Shown here: positions 49,075 through 61,448 of the stretch, piece after piece
How positions within the stretch are numbered: position 1 is the first letter of the stretch
Layout: every line of letters begins with the position of its first letter
Assembly (NCBI GenBank): GCA_001662655.1
Contig: KV460236.1
Source: Pseudogymnoascus verrucosus
Taxonomy: Eukaryota
Reading direction: 5' to 3' (one strand)
Length of the DNA: 64,000 nt
Program-made: the position numbers and the translations under genes
Notes under the pieces: generated by a model
What the model saw: the letters and a program-made list of their open reading frames with translations, nothing else
Database searches by the model: none
Told to the model about the DNA's origin: nothing

Positions 49075-50328
49075 ATGGCGCGCCTTCGTATTTTAGGGGC
49101 TGTGGCCTTCTTGCTCCTGCAGGTTGCAAGATGCGACGATTCCCCTGTGTCGCGCGACTACCCTCTTGTTCCGGGTGAAATTGAGGGAACACCGCCTATC
49201 AAGTATTCGCCTCCAGCTGGCTCCATGCCCCTCAATGGCCGAGAGCTGGTTTCCGAATGGTCCAATACTGGCTTCCTCTCCAAGCGTTATTGTGTGGACG
49301 CTGGATACGTACCGTGCTCTGGTGAGTTTAACACTCCCAATAACCCTCGTGGGTGATGTTGTCGCTGTAGAAGAGCCAAGGAGTAGAAGATCCAAAGCTG
49401 ACACCTCTCTCCCACAAGACACCGGATGCTGCCCTTCTCTAGGACAGTGCTGTCCCGGCTCTCCCTACTGCAAAGCCCAATCGAACGGCGTCTGCTGCGG
49501 CTCCACGGGCGTCTGCCCCGGCGGCTTCGAGTGCAACTCCATCTGCCGCTGCGTCGAGACCGGCGGGAGCTGTTGCGCGGACGGGCGATACTGCCAGGCA
49601 GGACACTCGTGCTGCTACTCCGGCTGCGTGCCAGACGGGGGACAGTGCTGCTCTAACGGGCAGATGTGCGATGTGGGGAATATCTGCGTTGTTAATTTGA
49701 GCAATGGGCGGTACGGCTGCTGCACTGATCTGAGCTGTACGGCGTATGTGGAAAGCGGGAGCACGATCGCTTTGACGCATTCGACTCCGGTGGTTACGAC
49801 GGAAGCTCCGCGAGTCACCCAGACTGTCGATTCGGGCTATGTCTATTACTACTGGACTTTCACTTGGTATGGTGTCCCGTTCTCACCCAATTCTGCGCTC
49901 TTGTACTAACAGTTCCTAGGTCGTACTACTCCTATTACTACACCTACATATACCAGGTAACGACGCTGACCACGACATACGTGACAACGACAACCATAAT
50001 CTCCGCCTACGAGTCCGACAGCGCAGCTGCCACTTCTGAGCTCAACCGAATCTCTTCCAAGTACTTCAGCACGGGATTCCCCACGCCGACAGATGCTACT
50101 ACCGCGCTGGCTGCCACTACCAACGCGAACACGCCCTCGGAGACAGGGTCTAGCGGAAACGACGGAAATAACGGCGGTAGCCTCCCTGGCGTTGGCATTG
50201 GTGGTGTTGGCGGGGGCGGCGGCTCTGTTGGGGGAGCGGGGATGGTGAAGAGCAGTTTGCCTACGCTGACCTTGTGGGCGTTTGCGATGGGGGCAGTGGC
50301 TGTTGGGACCGGGATGCTGTTACTGTGA
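49075..50328 (+). CDS. Secreted Cys-rich, probably GPI-anchored cell-surface protein; exons 49075-49321, 49419-49866, 49920-50328
   Basis: Signal peptide MARLRILGAVAFLLLQVARC, KR site, repeated CC-x-x-G-x-x-C units, Tyr-rich block, Ser/Thr stalk and a hydrophobic C-terminus. Confidence 0.85.
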
Positions 50329-51788
50329 TGTCCTGGAAAAGGAAGATTGTGTATACCATGCAAGGCTATGAGTTGTGGATGCGGATGCGGAGAGAGGAAG
50401 CCGCTCGGATCTAATGGCTAGGCGGGGGAGGAGTTGTATAGTAGACGCCGTAGGCGTATGGAATGGGCCCGAGGGATGACCAATGATACCAACGTTTCTA
50501 TGATATATTGCGTATAGGTTGTTGGTTTGGGGGCTAACATGCACCAGAGCAATAAGAGCTGCGGTTATATCTAGATATAGATATGCAAACCAACCCGCGA
50601 ATCCTACCCCCACTATCGATGTCTGTCAATTAGTCTGCCACATGGGGTGCATGGCAACATCCTCTTGGCGACTGGAATCCTATTTCCCCGACCTGACCCC
50701 GTGGGGGTCGTTGGTGTTAGTGGGAGGATGTTAGTCTCTAATATTTATAGAAAACGCAAAAGGACAAGACATGTTGCACATGTAAAGGATGATAACGAAT
50801 CGAGTTATTCCGGGCAAATTAGGCACCTTCCATTGGTTCTGGGGCTAGCTGATACGGATTTACTGGCTGAAGAATCCCATGTTGGACGCCCAGCACACGT
50901 TTTGTGGCAGTGACCAAGTCCCAACGCTAATCCCTGCCCAATTCTGCAGTACCTGGTACCTGTCTCAGCGACAACGGACCAATCCCGCAAGCTCTCCCGT
51001 CTGTTCTCGTCAGCACGACCCATTTTCAGCCTTGTCGACATCCAATACAGAGCGGCTTCGCCGAAGTCTATCGATCCTTTCGGTCGACAGGCCTGGGTTG
51101 GCTTGAAGTTCGGATGATGGATGACGGACGGGTAAGCAGCTTAGCATACGAAGCAGTCGTCCCATACGCCGGAGTTACGAGGTGTAAGCACTGTATGTAA
51201 AAGAGCTGAACGTCAGGAACCAGAGTTGCGATATGGTACCACACAACCACGACCTGATCGGCATCCCTGGGTGTGGTGGACACCAAGATATTACCTGTTC
51301 CGGACAACACTCCGGATCCCTTCACAAACGCACAAACGCACAGCCTCGGTCTGTCCCGCGGGTTGGCTTGCGCCCCAAGAAGCTGAATCGACCATACTCT
51401 TTCAGCCCCAAGGCTGCTGTAGTACTTGGACACATGGAGACTGGGCTCTTTGCTAGTGTATGCAGCATGCAATTAGAAGAGCAGCCTTGTGGGGCCGCTG
51501 TAGAATTGATGGAGGGGTGGTTCTCTAGGATGGGAGGTCACGGCTGCCTCAAAGATGGTAGATATCCGCTCTCTCTCTTTCTTGTTGGTGTTTCTTTTCC
51601 TTTTCCTTAGTATATACTTATCTGCGAATTACTTCATATCTTAAGCTCTCGTATGCGAACATTTTCCGGCGCATAGCTTCGATTCCCTGGAGCAACCACT
51701 GAGACTGTGATCGGGCTTTCTCGTGAACAGGCGCATGGTATTTTCTATTACGAAGCAAGAACCAAACCCGGCCAGTCATCAAGGCAAA

Positions 51789-54700
51789 ATGTCTAATACT
51801 AATGGAACAAACGGTTCCAACGGTGCCCATCGTGTCAATGGAGCCAATGGTGCTAATGGCAAACACGAAATCCCCCCCGTTAGTAAACCACATCGTGTCG
51901 ACTTTGCGCGCACGACGAGCAGAGGACCGCCCATTGACACGACCTGGGAGCGTGTGAACTCCTTCCCTCTCCCACCACATACGGCAACTCCTGGCGGCCC
52001 GACAGCAAGATCCCAAGCCAAGGTTCGATCCTACGGACAGAATGAAGACCCGAAGTGCTTCCCGAGGATATCAAAGCCTGTCGAGCTCCTGAGAACGAGC
52101 TATGATGTGCTAGTGATCGGTTCGGGATACGGGGGTGGAGTGGCCGCTTGCCGCATGGCAAGGGCAGGACAGACTGTCTGTTTGCTAGAACAAGGAAAGG
52201 AGAGGTGGCCGGGAGAGTATCCTAGCACGCTTCTCGAGGCTACGAAGGAGCTCCATATCTCGGGCGAAGTGCCGAGCGTTATATCAAAACCGAAAATGAT
52301 TGACAAGGGTGATCCCACGGGATTATATCACTTGATTATGGGCGAGGGCCAGAATGCCTTCGTCGGGAATGGACTTGGAGGAACGAGCCTCTTGAATGCG
52401 AATGTCTTCCTCCGAACAGACGATGGAACTATGGGCCTTCACAACTGGCCGCCAGAGCTTCGAAAGCCGGGCGCATTGAACGATTACTACGAACTAGCTG
52501 AGAAAATGCTCGAACCTCAAAAGTATCCTGATGAGTGGCCTGAACTGCCGAAGCTGAACATGCTCGAGACACAGGCCAACCACCTCGGATGGGGAGACAA
52601 GTTCCGACGCGTCCCCCAGACCACTCGCTTCTCTGCTGGAGCGAATAGCACTGGCGTGGAGATGAATGCTTCTGCGTTGACGGGTCAAGATACCACGGGC
52701 CTCAATGATGGTAGCAAGTCCAGCACACTCGTCAACTATCTTAGTGACGCATGGAACTGGGGTGCTGAAATGTTCTGCGAATGTGAAGTCCGGTATATAA
52801 AAGAGCATCCCGATGAGGGGTATATCGTCTACTTCGCATGGCATGGCAGCGGCCGTGGAGCCTTTACTGAGCACTTGCATGAAGATCTCATGTGGGTGCA
52901 CGCCAAGAAGTGCGTCTTCCTAGGAGCCGGATCCCTTGGGACAACAGAGATTCTGCTCCGAAGCAAAGCCATGGGATTATCAACGAGCTCGACTTTGGGA
53001 ACTGGGATGAGCGGGAATGGCGACATCCTCGCTTTTGGATACAACTGCAATGAGAATGTGAATGCGATTGGTAGAGAATTTCCGTCGCCGTACCATCCCA
53101 TTGGGCCCACGATTGCTGGTATAATTGATTGCCGTGAAGGCCACGAAAATCCGCTTGATGGCTTTGTCATTGAAGAGGGAGCAATTCCAAAGGCACTAGC
53201 TCCATTATTTCAAGTCATGCTTGAGTTGATGCCGGGTACTGCTCATCACGATGTCAGCCTGATTGGTAATGTGAGGAGCAAGCTTGCGAGTATAGGGAGT
53301 CACATACTTGGCCCTTATTACCAGAAAGGTAGTGTTGAGAAGACCATGGTTTATCTCGTTATGTCGCATGATTCAAACCAGGCCATCCTTTCTCTTAAGA
53401 ATGATAAGCCTCTATTGAAGTTCCTGGGCGTGGGAAGGTCGGATCATGTTGAGTATCTCAATGATATTTTGGCGCAGGCTACGTCTGCTGTAGGGGGCAC
53501 ATTTGTGAATAGCCCATTTTACGCTGCTCTTGGAAAGCAGGAAATTACTGTACATCCTATTGGGTAAGAATATCTTGCTATAAATTGGTTGATCGGACTT
53601 ACTAACAGGAAATAGGGGAGCATGTATGAGTAGCTGTGGCACAGGGAGAACCGGCACAACGAACCATTTTGGGCAAGTGTTTAAAGGGAATGGTAAAGAG
53701 ACCCATGAAGGGCTCATTGTTACCGATGGAGCAATTGTTCCAACGGCTCTGGGCGTCAATCCCCTCGCTACTATCACCGCCCTTGCGGAGCGCTCGGTAA
53801 AGTATACGGCAGATAGAATGGGTGTGACCATTGACTATGATACTAAGAATGGTGCGTTCATTTAAAATCAAATCCGCAGAGGGATTCATCAAGCTAACGT
53901 TCTTAGGTCTTCTCGATCTCTTCGGATTCCCAAAACACGTAATTACTGGAGACGATAGCATCGTCAATGCCGAAAGTCTCATCGAAGAGACTGCAGCAGG
54001 AAAAGTGAGCGGCTTCGAATTCTCCGAAGTCATGTCCGGATTCATCCACTTTGGCGAAAACATGGAAGGAGACCGAACAGACGACTTCGAAGTTGCAGCT
54101 CGCACCGGGCGAGGACTATGCGAGGGCGCGAGGTTCTTCCTGAGCGTCAAGGCATGGAATACCCATACGATTGTCCGTCGCCCTGACCACTCGGCAATGT
54201 TGACTGGAACACTCGTCTGCGCTGGTCTACCAGGGAGCCCCTTTATGATAAAGCGTGGCGATTTCGGACTTTTTTCGGCAAATCAGTCAATATCGGGGAC
54301 TAAGAACTTAACCTACAGCTTTCAGATGATAGGAACCGATCGCGAGAAGTACCAGTTTGAAGGGTTTAAAACGGTTAACGCCGGGGTAGTGCTCAACCCG
54401 ATTGCGCTCTGGAGGGCAACTTCTACTCTCTATGTCACCATCAAGCGACTCAACGGCACCGTCATCGGGCGCGGCATACTCCACATCAAGCCTACAGATT
54501 TCCTATCCGAAGCACGCACCCTCACACCCACCGGCGACGGCCTCATCGCCAAAGCCACCTCCACCATATCCTTCCTCTCCTACTTCGCCAAGCAAGCCGC
54601 CTCCCTCTTCTTCACCCCCTTCAGCCCCCTCCAGTACCCCTCCCACACCCCCCGCGGCTTCATAAACACCTGCACCTCCGACGGCGCCATCGCCGTGATC

Positions 54701-55840
54701 GCCTCCGACGGCGTAAAGACATACATGAACAAGTGGGAATCCACGCACCCTGACCCCGCCTACCCGGTGCACGACCTCTTCATGGTCCCCGGCGCCTCGG
54801 TGGACCACCAGATCTTTAGTCTGCAGACGATTCCGAAGAACGCGGTGCAGTATTTTACGGAGAGGGGGTATCGCGTTTGGGTCCTTACGCATCGGATTGG
54901 GATGAATATGCAGCCGACGGATAAATGGACGACGTTTGATGCGCGTCTTGATATTCGCGCTGCGTTGGCGTATATCCGTAGCGTCTGCGGGAATCGCAAG
55001 ATCTACACTATTGCGCATTGCATGGGCTCCGTGGCGCTGGCATCGGGGATGCTGGACGGGACGATACCAGTAGAGTGGATCAAAGGGCTGTCGTGCTCGC
55101 AAGTCTTCATGAATCCGCAATGGGCGCGGATTAACATGGCCAAGGTGATGATGCCATTCGATCTGACGCGCGCGTACCGGCTGCTGGGCGGGAACTGGTT
55201 CAGTTGCTCGAGTAGCGAGGATGATACGCTGGTGCAGAGGGCGATTGATCAGGTGCTGAGGTTTTATCCGGTGGAGCCGAGGGAGATGTGTAATAATGTT
55301 GCGTGTCATAGGACGTCTTTTGTTTTTGGGAGGTGAGCTATAACCCCCCCCCCTTCTACCCCTTTTATCTATCCTTGGAGGAGGCTGGCAGCTAACCAAC
55401 GACGCAGATGCTGGAACCACGCCAACCTCAACGTAGCAACCCACGCACAAACCCACCGCTTCTTCGGCGGCGTCAACATGTCCCTCGAGCACCTCCTGAT
55501 GTCGATGGGCGAGCACGGCCACGTCACTACCAACTTCCCCTTAGCTCAGAAACTTACCACGCCTACGAACTTGCGGCGCCTGAAGGGTCTCCCGATTTTC
55601 TTGTTCAGTGGCGCGGATAACCATGTGCTGCAGCCGGAGAGCACGCTGACGACGTATGAGACGCTGAGGGATATGTTTGGGGGGGAGAACTATGAGAGGG
55701 TTGTTATTGAGGGGTATGGGCATTTGGATTGTTGGATGGGGACGAGGGCGGAGAGGGATGTTTTTCCGGTTATTGGGGAGAGGGTGGAGAGGGTTTGTAG
55801 GGGGAGGGGGGTGGGGAAGGAGGAAGGGGGTGGTGTATGA
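51789..55840 (+). CDS. Cholesterol-oxidase-like GMC flavoprotein fused to a C-terminal alpha/beta-hydrolase; introns 53564-53615, 53852-53906, 55333-55407
   Basis: Oxidase part: DVLVIGSGYGGGV, GNGLGGTSLLNAN, VHPIGGACM, TDGAIVPTALGVNPLATI. Hydrolase part: IAHCMG, FSGADN, GYGHLDCW. Alternative start at 51735. Confidence 0.88.
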
Positions 55841-56339
55841 AGAGTTTGGGGGTGGGGGGGTTAATGGGCGGAGGGAGTTTGGAGTTTGGGATTCTTGGGC
55901 TGAAGATTTGAAGGTTTATGAGACTCTGGGATATAATTGGGGGACGGAGTTTGTCTTTGCTCCTATTATGGGAACTGAGTATGTGAGTTATTGATATAAT
56001 GATGGATAAGGACGTGTGTTATGATATTTTAATGCAAGCAGTGGCAGGACCACAGCCGTCGAATTAATTTTCATTATGTCGACTTCACCGTCTCTATGTA
56101 ATCTAACGTGAACCAAAGAAAGAATAAAAGCATGTATTCTCTCAGTATCTGCTATGTCTTCAAGATAACCTCCAAGCCACCTCATATTCAAGCAAAATCA
56201 ACGCTAGAAGTGATAAATGCAAAACCCCATACTCCCCTCATCATCAAATCATCAAATCATCACCATCGTCATCGCATCCAACTCCCCCGCATATCACCAT
56301 CACCTCTTCCCCACCCCTCTCTCCTCCCATACCCCAAGC

Positions 56340-56862
56340 TCAATTATAACTCCTCACCGCCGCCGCAGCATCAGCATCCCTCCGCGCAACCTCCTCCCTA
56401 CTAACCTCCTGCAACGTATCCGTCCTCCTCTGCATCTTCTGCGCGTTTAGCTGCTGTCCTAATTTCCCCGTCGGTTTCGCTGCTGCTTTTGCGCGGGCCT
56501 GTTATCATTAGCCTGTATCCCCCATATCTCCCCCATACCCCATCCCCATCTCCCATCTCCCGTCACGCACTCCCCGCCCCCCACACTCTCACACCACCAC
56601 ACCACACAAAAACCAAAGCGCAAACGGGGAAACAAAGCAAAAGAATATCTCATACCTCAGCAGCATCAGCAGCATCCCTCCTCGGATCCCCCCCCGGGCC
56701 CCCTCCCCCCGCCGCGCCCCCACCAAGTCGTCGCGGCGGCCCAGCAGCGGTCTTAGCAGGAGGTCTGGAAGTCGCGTTCTGTGGAGGGGCGGAGGAGAGG
56801 GTGCGGCCGGGGGTGGAGAAGGGGTCGGGGGATTTGGATTCGGATCCGCAGAGGTTGCCCAT
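56340..56862 (-). CDS. Small N-acylated protein, SVIP-like (putative Cdc48/p97 interactor); intron 56499-56655
   Basis: MGNLCG N-terminus (myristoylation/palmitoylation type). The spliced RRDAADAAEAR fits the VIM consensus R-x5-AA-x2-R; the protein ends ...AAAAVRSYN*. Confidence 0.75.
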
Positions 56863-57429
56863 TTTTGATGTTGTTGTTGTGAGAGATGAAGAGGAAGGGA
56901 GGTGGTTGAGGTAGGGTGGATGGATGAGGATGAGGGGGGTGGCGTGGTGAGGGCGGGGAAACTGGGGGCGGGTGGTTTGGTTTCCTTCGGTTATGGGTTT
57001 AATATGGGAATGGAGGGGATGATGAAGGCAATTGAATGACTCTTTACGCGGTGTATTTGCGTGTTTGTTAAGTGGTGATGGGAGCAATCGCAATGCAATG
57101 GAGGTGTTGTGGTGGTGTAGTCGTGTGCAGTGGGGCTTAGAGTCTTGGAGGTTGGAGGTTGGAGCTCCTGGCGGTTTTTCCGGCCCGGGCGGAGTTGGTG
57201 GTGTAGTAGTAGAGGATGGAGCTATGGGCAAATTTATCCAGGCTTGGCCTTGGCCGGTAGATGGTGGAATAAATGGCGGCTACTAAGGGTTACTAAGGGA
57301 TTTTAGACGGATGGGTTTGATTGATGATTAAGCTTGATGGATGGATTCTTTAAAATTAATAGAACGAATAGGATATAATCGTAAGTTATTACACTATTAG
57401 TATAGATAGCTATGGAAGGACACTATGGT

Positions 57430-57880
57430 TGCTAATAGTCGTAGCTGCTATAGGGTCTTCTTCTACCCTGCGGACCCCTCTATACCTTTTAGAGTGTACC
57501 CTCCGTTATACCCTTCCTTGCTATAGCACATGATCGTAGGAAGATATTTGCACTATTAATGCCATACCATATAACAAACTACTGTGCTCTAGTTAGTTGC
57601 AGCTGTTATAGGTAACCATTGGTAGGGTAGGGTCTTTCTTCTACCCTCCGAACCCCTCTATACCTTTTAGAGTGTACCGTCCCTCTACTACACCCTTCCT
57701 TGCTATAGAACAGGATCGTACGAAGATATCTGTTCTGTTGATTCAATAACAAACTACTACCACTCTCTAGTTAGTCGCAGCTGTCATAGCTAACCATGAA
57801 GTTTTTCTCCTTCTAACCCTCTAGACCCCTCTATATCCTCATGTATTGCTAAACCCTCTAACACCCTCTACTATACCCTT
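57430..57880. repeat. Degenerate tandem repeat, ~160-180-bp unit, about 3 copies
   Basis: ACCCCTCTATACCTTTTAGAGTGTACC at ~57474 and ~57652; TAGTYGYAGCTGYYATAG at ~57436, 57594 and 57772. Confidence 0.8.
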
Positions 57881-57934
57881 CTTTACTCAGCTCGGTAACT
57901 TCTACGGCAACAGTACGTACCCTAAATTTCGGGC

Positions 57935-58475
57935 ACCTTGGGGTTTTTCCACGCTTTCGCTCTATCTATTATCTAATCACGCCCGAATTTTTATTTAAAG
58001 TCCTCTGATTGGTCAAACCCACCCCTCAGCGTCAACCTCCAAGGTAATTTTCCAATCCGCTACACCCCTTCCGGTAAAGCCGGTCCTCGCTTCTACTTCC
58101 CCTTTCGTCATCAACGGCTCTGATTTGTACTGTGCTGCACTAAGTAACCTTGTGGGTTGGGGCCACTGGGAAAAATCGTGAATGAAGACCTTTCTCGATG
58201 GTCCCCCGCGCGAAACTTCTCACCACCACACTTCCCGAGCGAAATCTTGTTGTTTTGTCCTTTGCCTGCACCTCGAAGATCCCTCCCATCTATTTTAGAT
58301 TCACATCGAAACAACATCTTGCCCTTCTTGTCTACTGATATACTTCTCATTTGACACTCGACACCCTCGACTCGGTGCGCGCTATCTGCGTTATCCCACC
58401 GCTTCCGATAGTAACCTTGATGGGTTTGAGCCTCGACCTTTGATCCCGACCTCGAAACCCCTCTCAGCTACCTTG
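57935..58475. promoter_or_regulatory. Cluster of zinc-response motifs (CAAGGT/ACCTTG; ZRE-like ACCTCCAAGGT) upstream of the Zap1/ZafA-like gene
   Basis: ACCTTG at 57935, 58147, 58414 and 58470; ACCTCCAAGGT at 58035-58045. Confidence 0.7.
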
Positions 58476-58485
58476 CGAGCTGCGA

Positions 58486-60398
58486 ATGGGAGCAACTCCG
58501 TTCCAGGCGCTGCTTGGGTAAGAAACTCCCTCTGCATTTTTTAATCTTGTCGCCAGTCGCGTGTCGTTTCGCTCGTGGGGGGTAACAGACCGCTAATGAC
58601 TCTACAGGCAGCTCGAGATAATGAACGACAACCGCGCCTACAACCCGTCGTCGGGAGGAAATATGGACATGATGTTCTCGCAGGATGGTTCGATCGACGC
58701 GGCAGACGTCTGGGCGAACGCGTTGCCATGGGATAGCTCGTCGAATGCTTATACCCAAGCCACGAATACCGAAGCGCCGTCTCCCCATCCCACGACCGAA
58801 GATTCTTTCCACCAGTCGCACCACGACCACTACTTCGGCAGCGGACACAGCAGCAGGTCTACAATCATCTACGAGGAGAAATGCGACAGCCCAGAGTGCC
58901 ACGTTCAGGAATGTCACGAGCCCGACTGTGCGGAAGATCTCGTCGAATGCACCGACCCTTACTGCTTGCCCATTGACGCCTGCCCCGACCCAGATGTCTG
59001 TCACAGCGGGAGCACAAAATGCGCGGGGAGTCTCGAGATGGACATCGTGTCCGCAGCTGCGAGTCTGGCGGCCATGAAGCCCCCGACAATGTCGAACGGG
59101 CAATTTTACAACGGTCCGCAAAACTATGATTTTTGCGCTACGATCGCGAACGGGTACACGAGTGCCACTCACCCACCTCACTTCGGCGCCTGCATGTTCA
59201 CCAATGCCTACATGCCTTCCTACAACAATGGCGGCATGATGGGAGCGGCGCAGGACAGCGGTATGTGCCAATACATCAACAACAACAGCAATTTCTGCCA
59301 AAGTCACGAGACCTACCATAATATGGGTCCTCCCTCCTTCCAAAACTCAACCCTCCAATACGCCATGTCCCTCCGCGACCTCTCCTCCCGCTCCTCCTCT
59401 TCCCAAGACCCCTTCGCCTTCTCCACCGAACCAACCCCCTCCTCCGCATCAACCTACTCCTCCCCCCACCCCCCATCCGACGTCGCCCTCCTCACCCCGG
59501 CCTCGCAACCCGATCCCAACTTCCCCGTCCCCGTCTGCCAATGGCACGACACCCCCACCTCCACGCCCTGCTCCAAAACCTTCGCCACGAAAGCGGCGCT
59601 GCAATCGCACATCCAATCTGTGCACACCGCTCCCCTCTCCAAATCTCTTGGCTTCGTCTGCCGCTGGTCTGGATGCAGTCGTCTCTCTCTCCCAGCCGAC
59701 CGCGCAGGGTTCGCCCAGCGCTCGAAATTGGATAGACATATGCAGTCACACACTGGGCACAAGGCGTGTAAGTGCCCTGAATGCCACCACGAGTTCAGCA
59801 CCTCCCAGACCCTCGAGAGTCACATGCGCACACACACCGGCGACAAGCCATTCAAGTGCAAAGAGCCCGGATGTGACTACGAAGCTGCCCAGGCGAGTCA
59901 ATTGACGATGCACACGCGCACCAAGCATACGCGCGAGAAGCCCCTTCTCTGCGACTTCCCTGGGTGCGGACGCCGCTTCGCAGAGAGTAGTAATCTGAGT
60001 AAGCATAAGAAGATCCATGAGCCGGAGGAGGAGTGTCGGTGCGGGGTGTGTGGGAAGAGTTTTAGGCGGCGCGATCAGTTGAGGCGGCATTTGAAGATTC
60101 ATGTTCGCAAGGATGGGTTGAGTGAGGTCGGGGCGAGGAAGGCGTTGGGGGGGAAGAGGGGGGAGGAGATGAGTGAGACGGGGAGTCAGTTGCTCAGTCC
60201 GAGTCCGAGTGTGCCACCGGGAGGGGCGGGGATGGAGATGGAGTTTAATGAGGAGGCACGGATGGGGATGGATATGGAGATTGATGGGGGGTCGATGATG
60301 GTATGTTAGCCTCCTGCTTTTCTGTCCTCACAGTGTGCTAACAATAATAGGCCTCACAGCAATCAATGACAGCCCAATCTAACTGGGCTATGACCTGA
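58486..60398 (+). CDS. zafA: Zinc-responsive C2H2 transcription factor (Zap1/ZafA-like); introns 58518-58607 and 60301-60350; alternative start 58621
   Basis: His/Cys-rich acidic N-terminal region; six C2H2 fingers, the first two of the tandem CWCH2 type (CQW..., CRWSGC...); finger FAESSNLSKH as in Zap1. Confidence 0.8.
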
Positions 60399-61448
60399 TC
60401 TCCTCACTTTTTATCTCACAACACCACCACCACCACCATCACATCACATCACATCACACCAACACCAACACCAACACCTTCACCACCACGATTCAGCGAG
60501 CACTTGCAAGCATTAATCAGCCCCAAAAAGTTAGCGAAAGCGCCCCATCTGCACTATTCACGACATCATAATTGCCAGCCCGTCTATCTATTGGATGTTC
60601 TTCTCACGTGTGCGAATTTTTTACTTCGGTCGGTTTGGACAACAAAAAGCAATAATGACTCTTTTTTTGTTAAAGAGATTTTTTTCGTCTTCTTCTTGAG
60701 CAATGTTGTTATTATCTTAGACAGCGCCTTTTGGGTGTGGGAAAAATGGGATGGATGGATGGGAGGATTTTTTTAAAAGGATAGGATATGGAAAATGGGA
60801 TGGATGGACGGCCTTAGGGGATGAAAATGAAACAAGGGATGGCGGAATAGAAAAAGGGAAAGGAAAAGGAAAGAGAATGGAAAATGGGGGGTAATGATCA
60901 CGTAATCCACGCTGTTGATGAAAAGGGAAGTACTGTTTTGAAAAAAAAAGTGCGTTCGGGGAGCAGTGGAGAAGGGGAGGAGGGGATACCACAGGGTTTT
61001 ATCTTGGCCTTGTCCAATGATTTAGTAGACAACGAAACGAAAGGGGAATGAAAAGAATAGGAAAAGTTAAATCTATAAATGGCCTTGTATGCAAGTGACT
61101 TTGCGATTGAATGTTTTTTAATCACTTGGAGGGAGGGGTTGGGTATTCTGGTAGAGTAGAGGTTTGTTACTCACTCACAGTCGAACAGGAAGGGGGAGGC
61201 TGGGATAATCGTAGCGTTGATTCCTAGAAACCATGACCCGTCGAACCGCACAGTGAGAGGAGCCAAGACGAGCATTTGTAGTTGAATAACGCATTAACTC
61301 CCCGCTACATCTTCCGCGATACTATATACATCAACCGCCTCATCATAAAAATCCCCTAACCCCCCACCCTTCTCTTGCTCACCCCACTCTCTTGCATCTC
61401 CCCGAATCCCTCCTCTCCTATTAACTCATCCAGTGCCTCATCACCAAC

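Noticed and set aside
249..55840. Sterol-related functional link between SCAP and the cholesterol-oxidase-like fusion
   Set aside because: About 48 kb apart with many unrelated genes between, and no shared motif seen.
60419..60490. CACCA/ACATC simple repeats after the zafA-like gene
   Set aside because: Ordinary low-complexity 3' UTR microsatellite.
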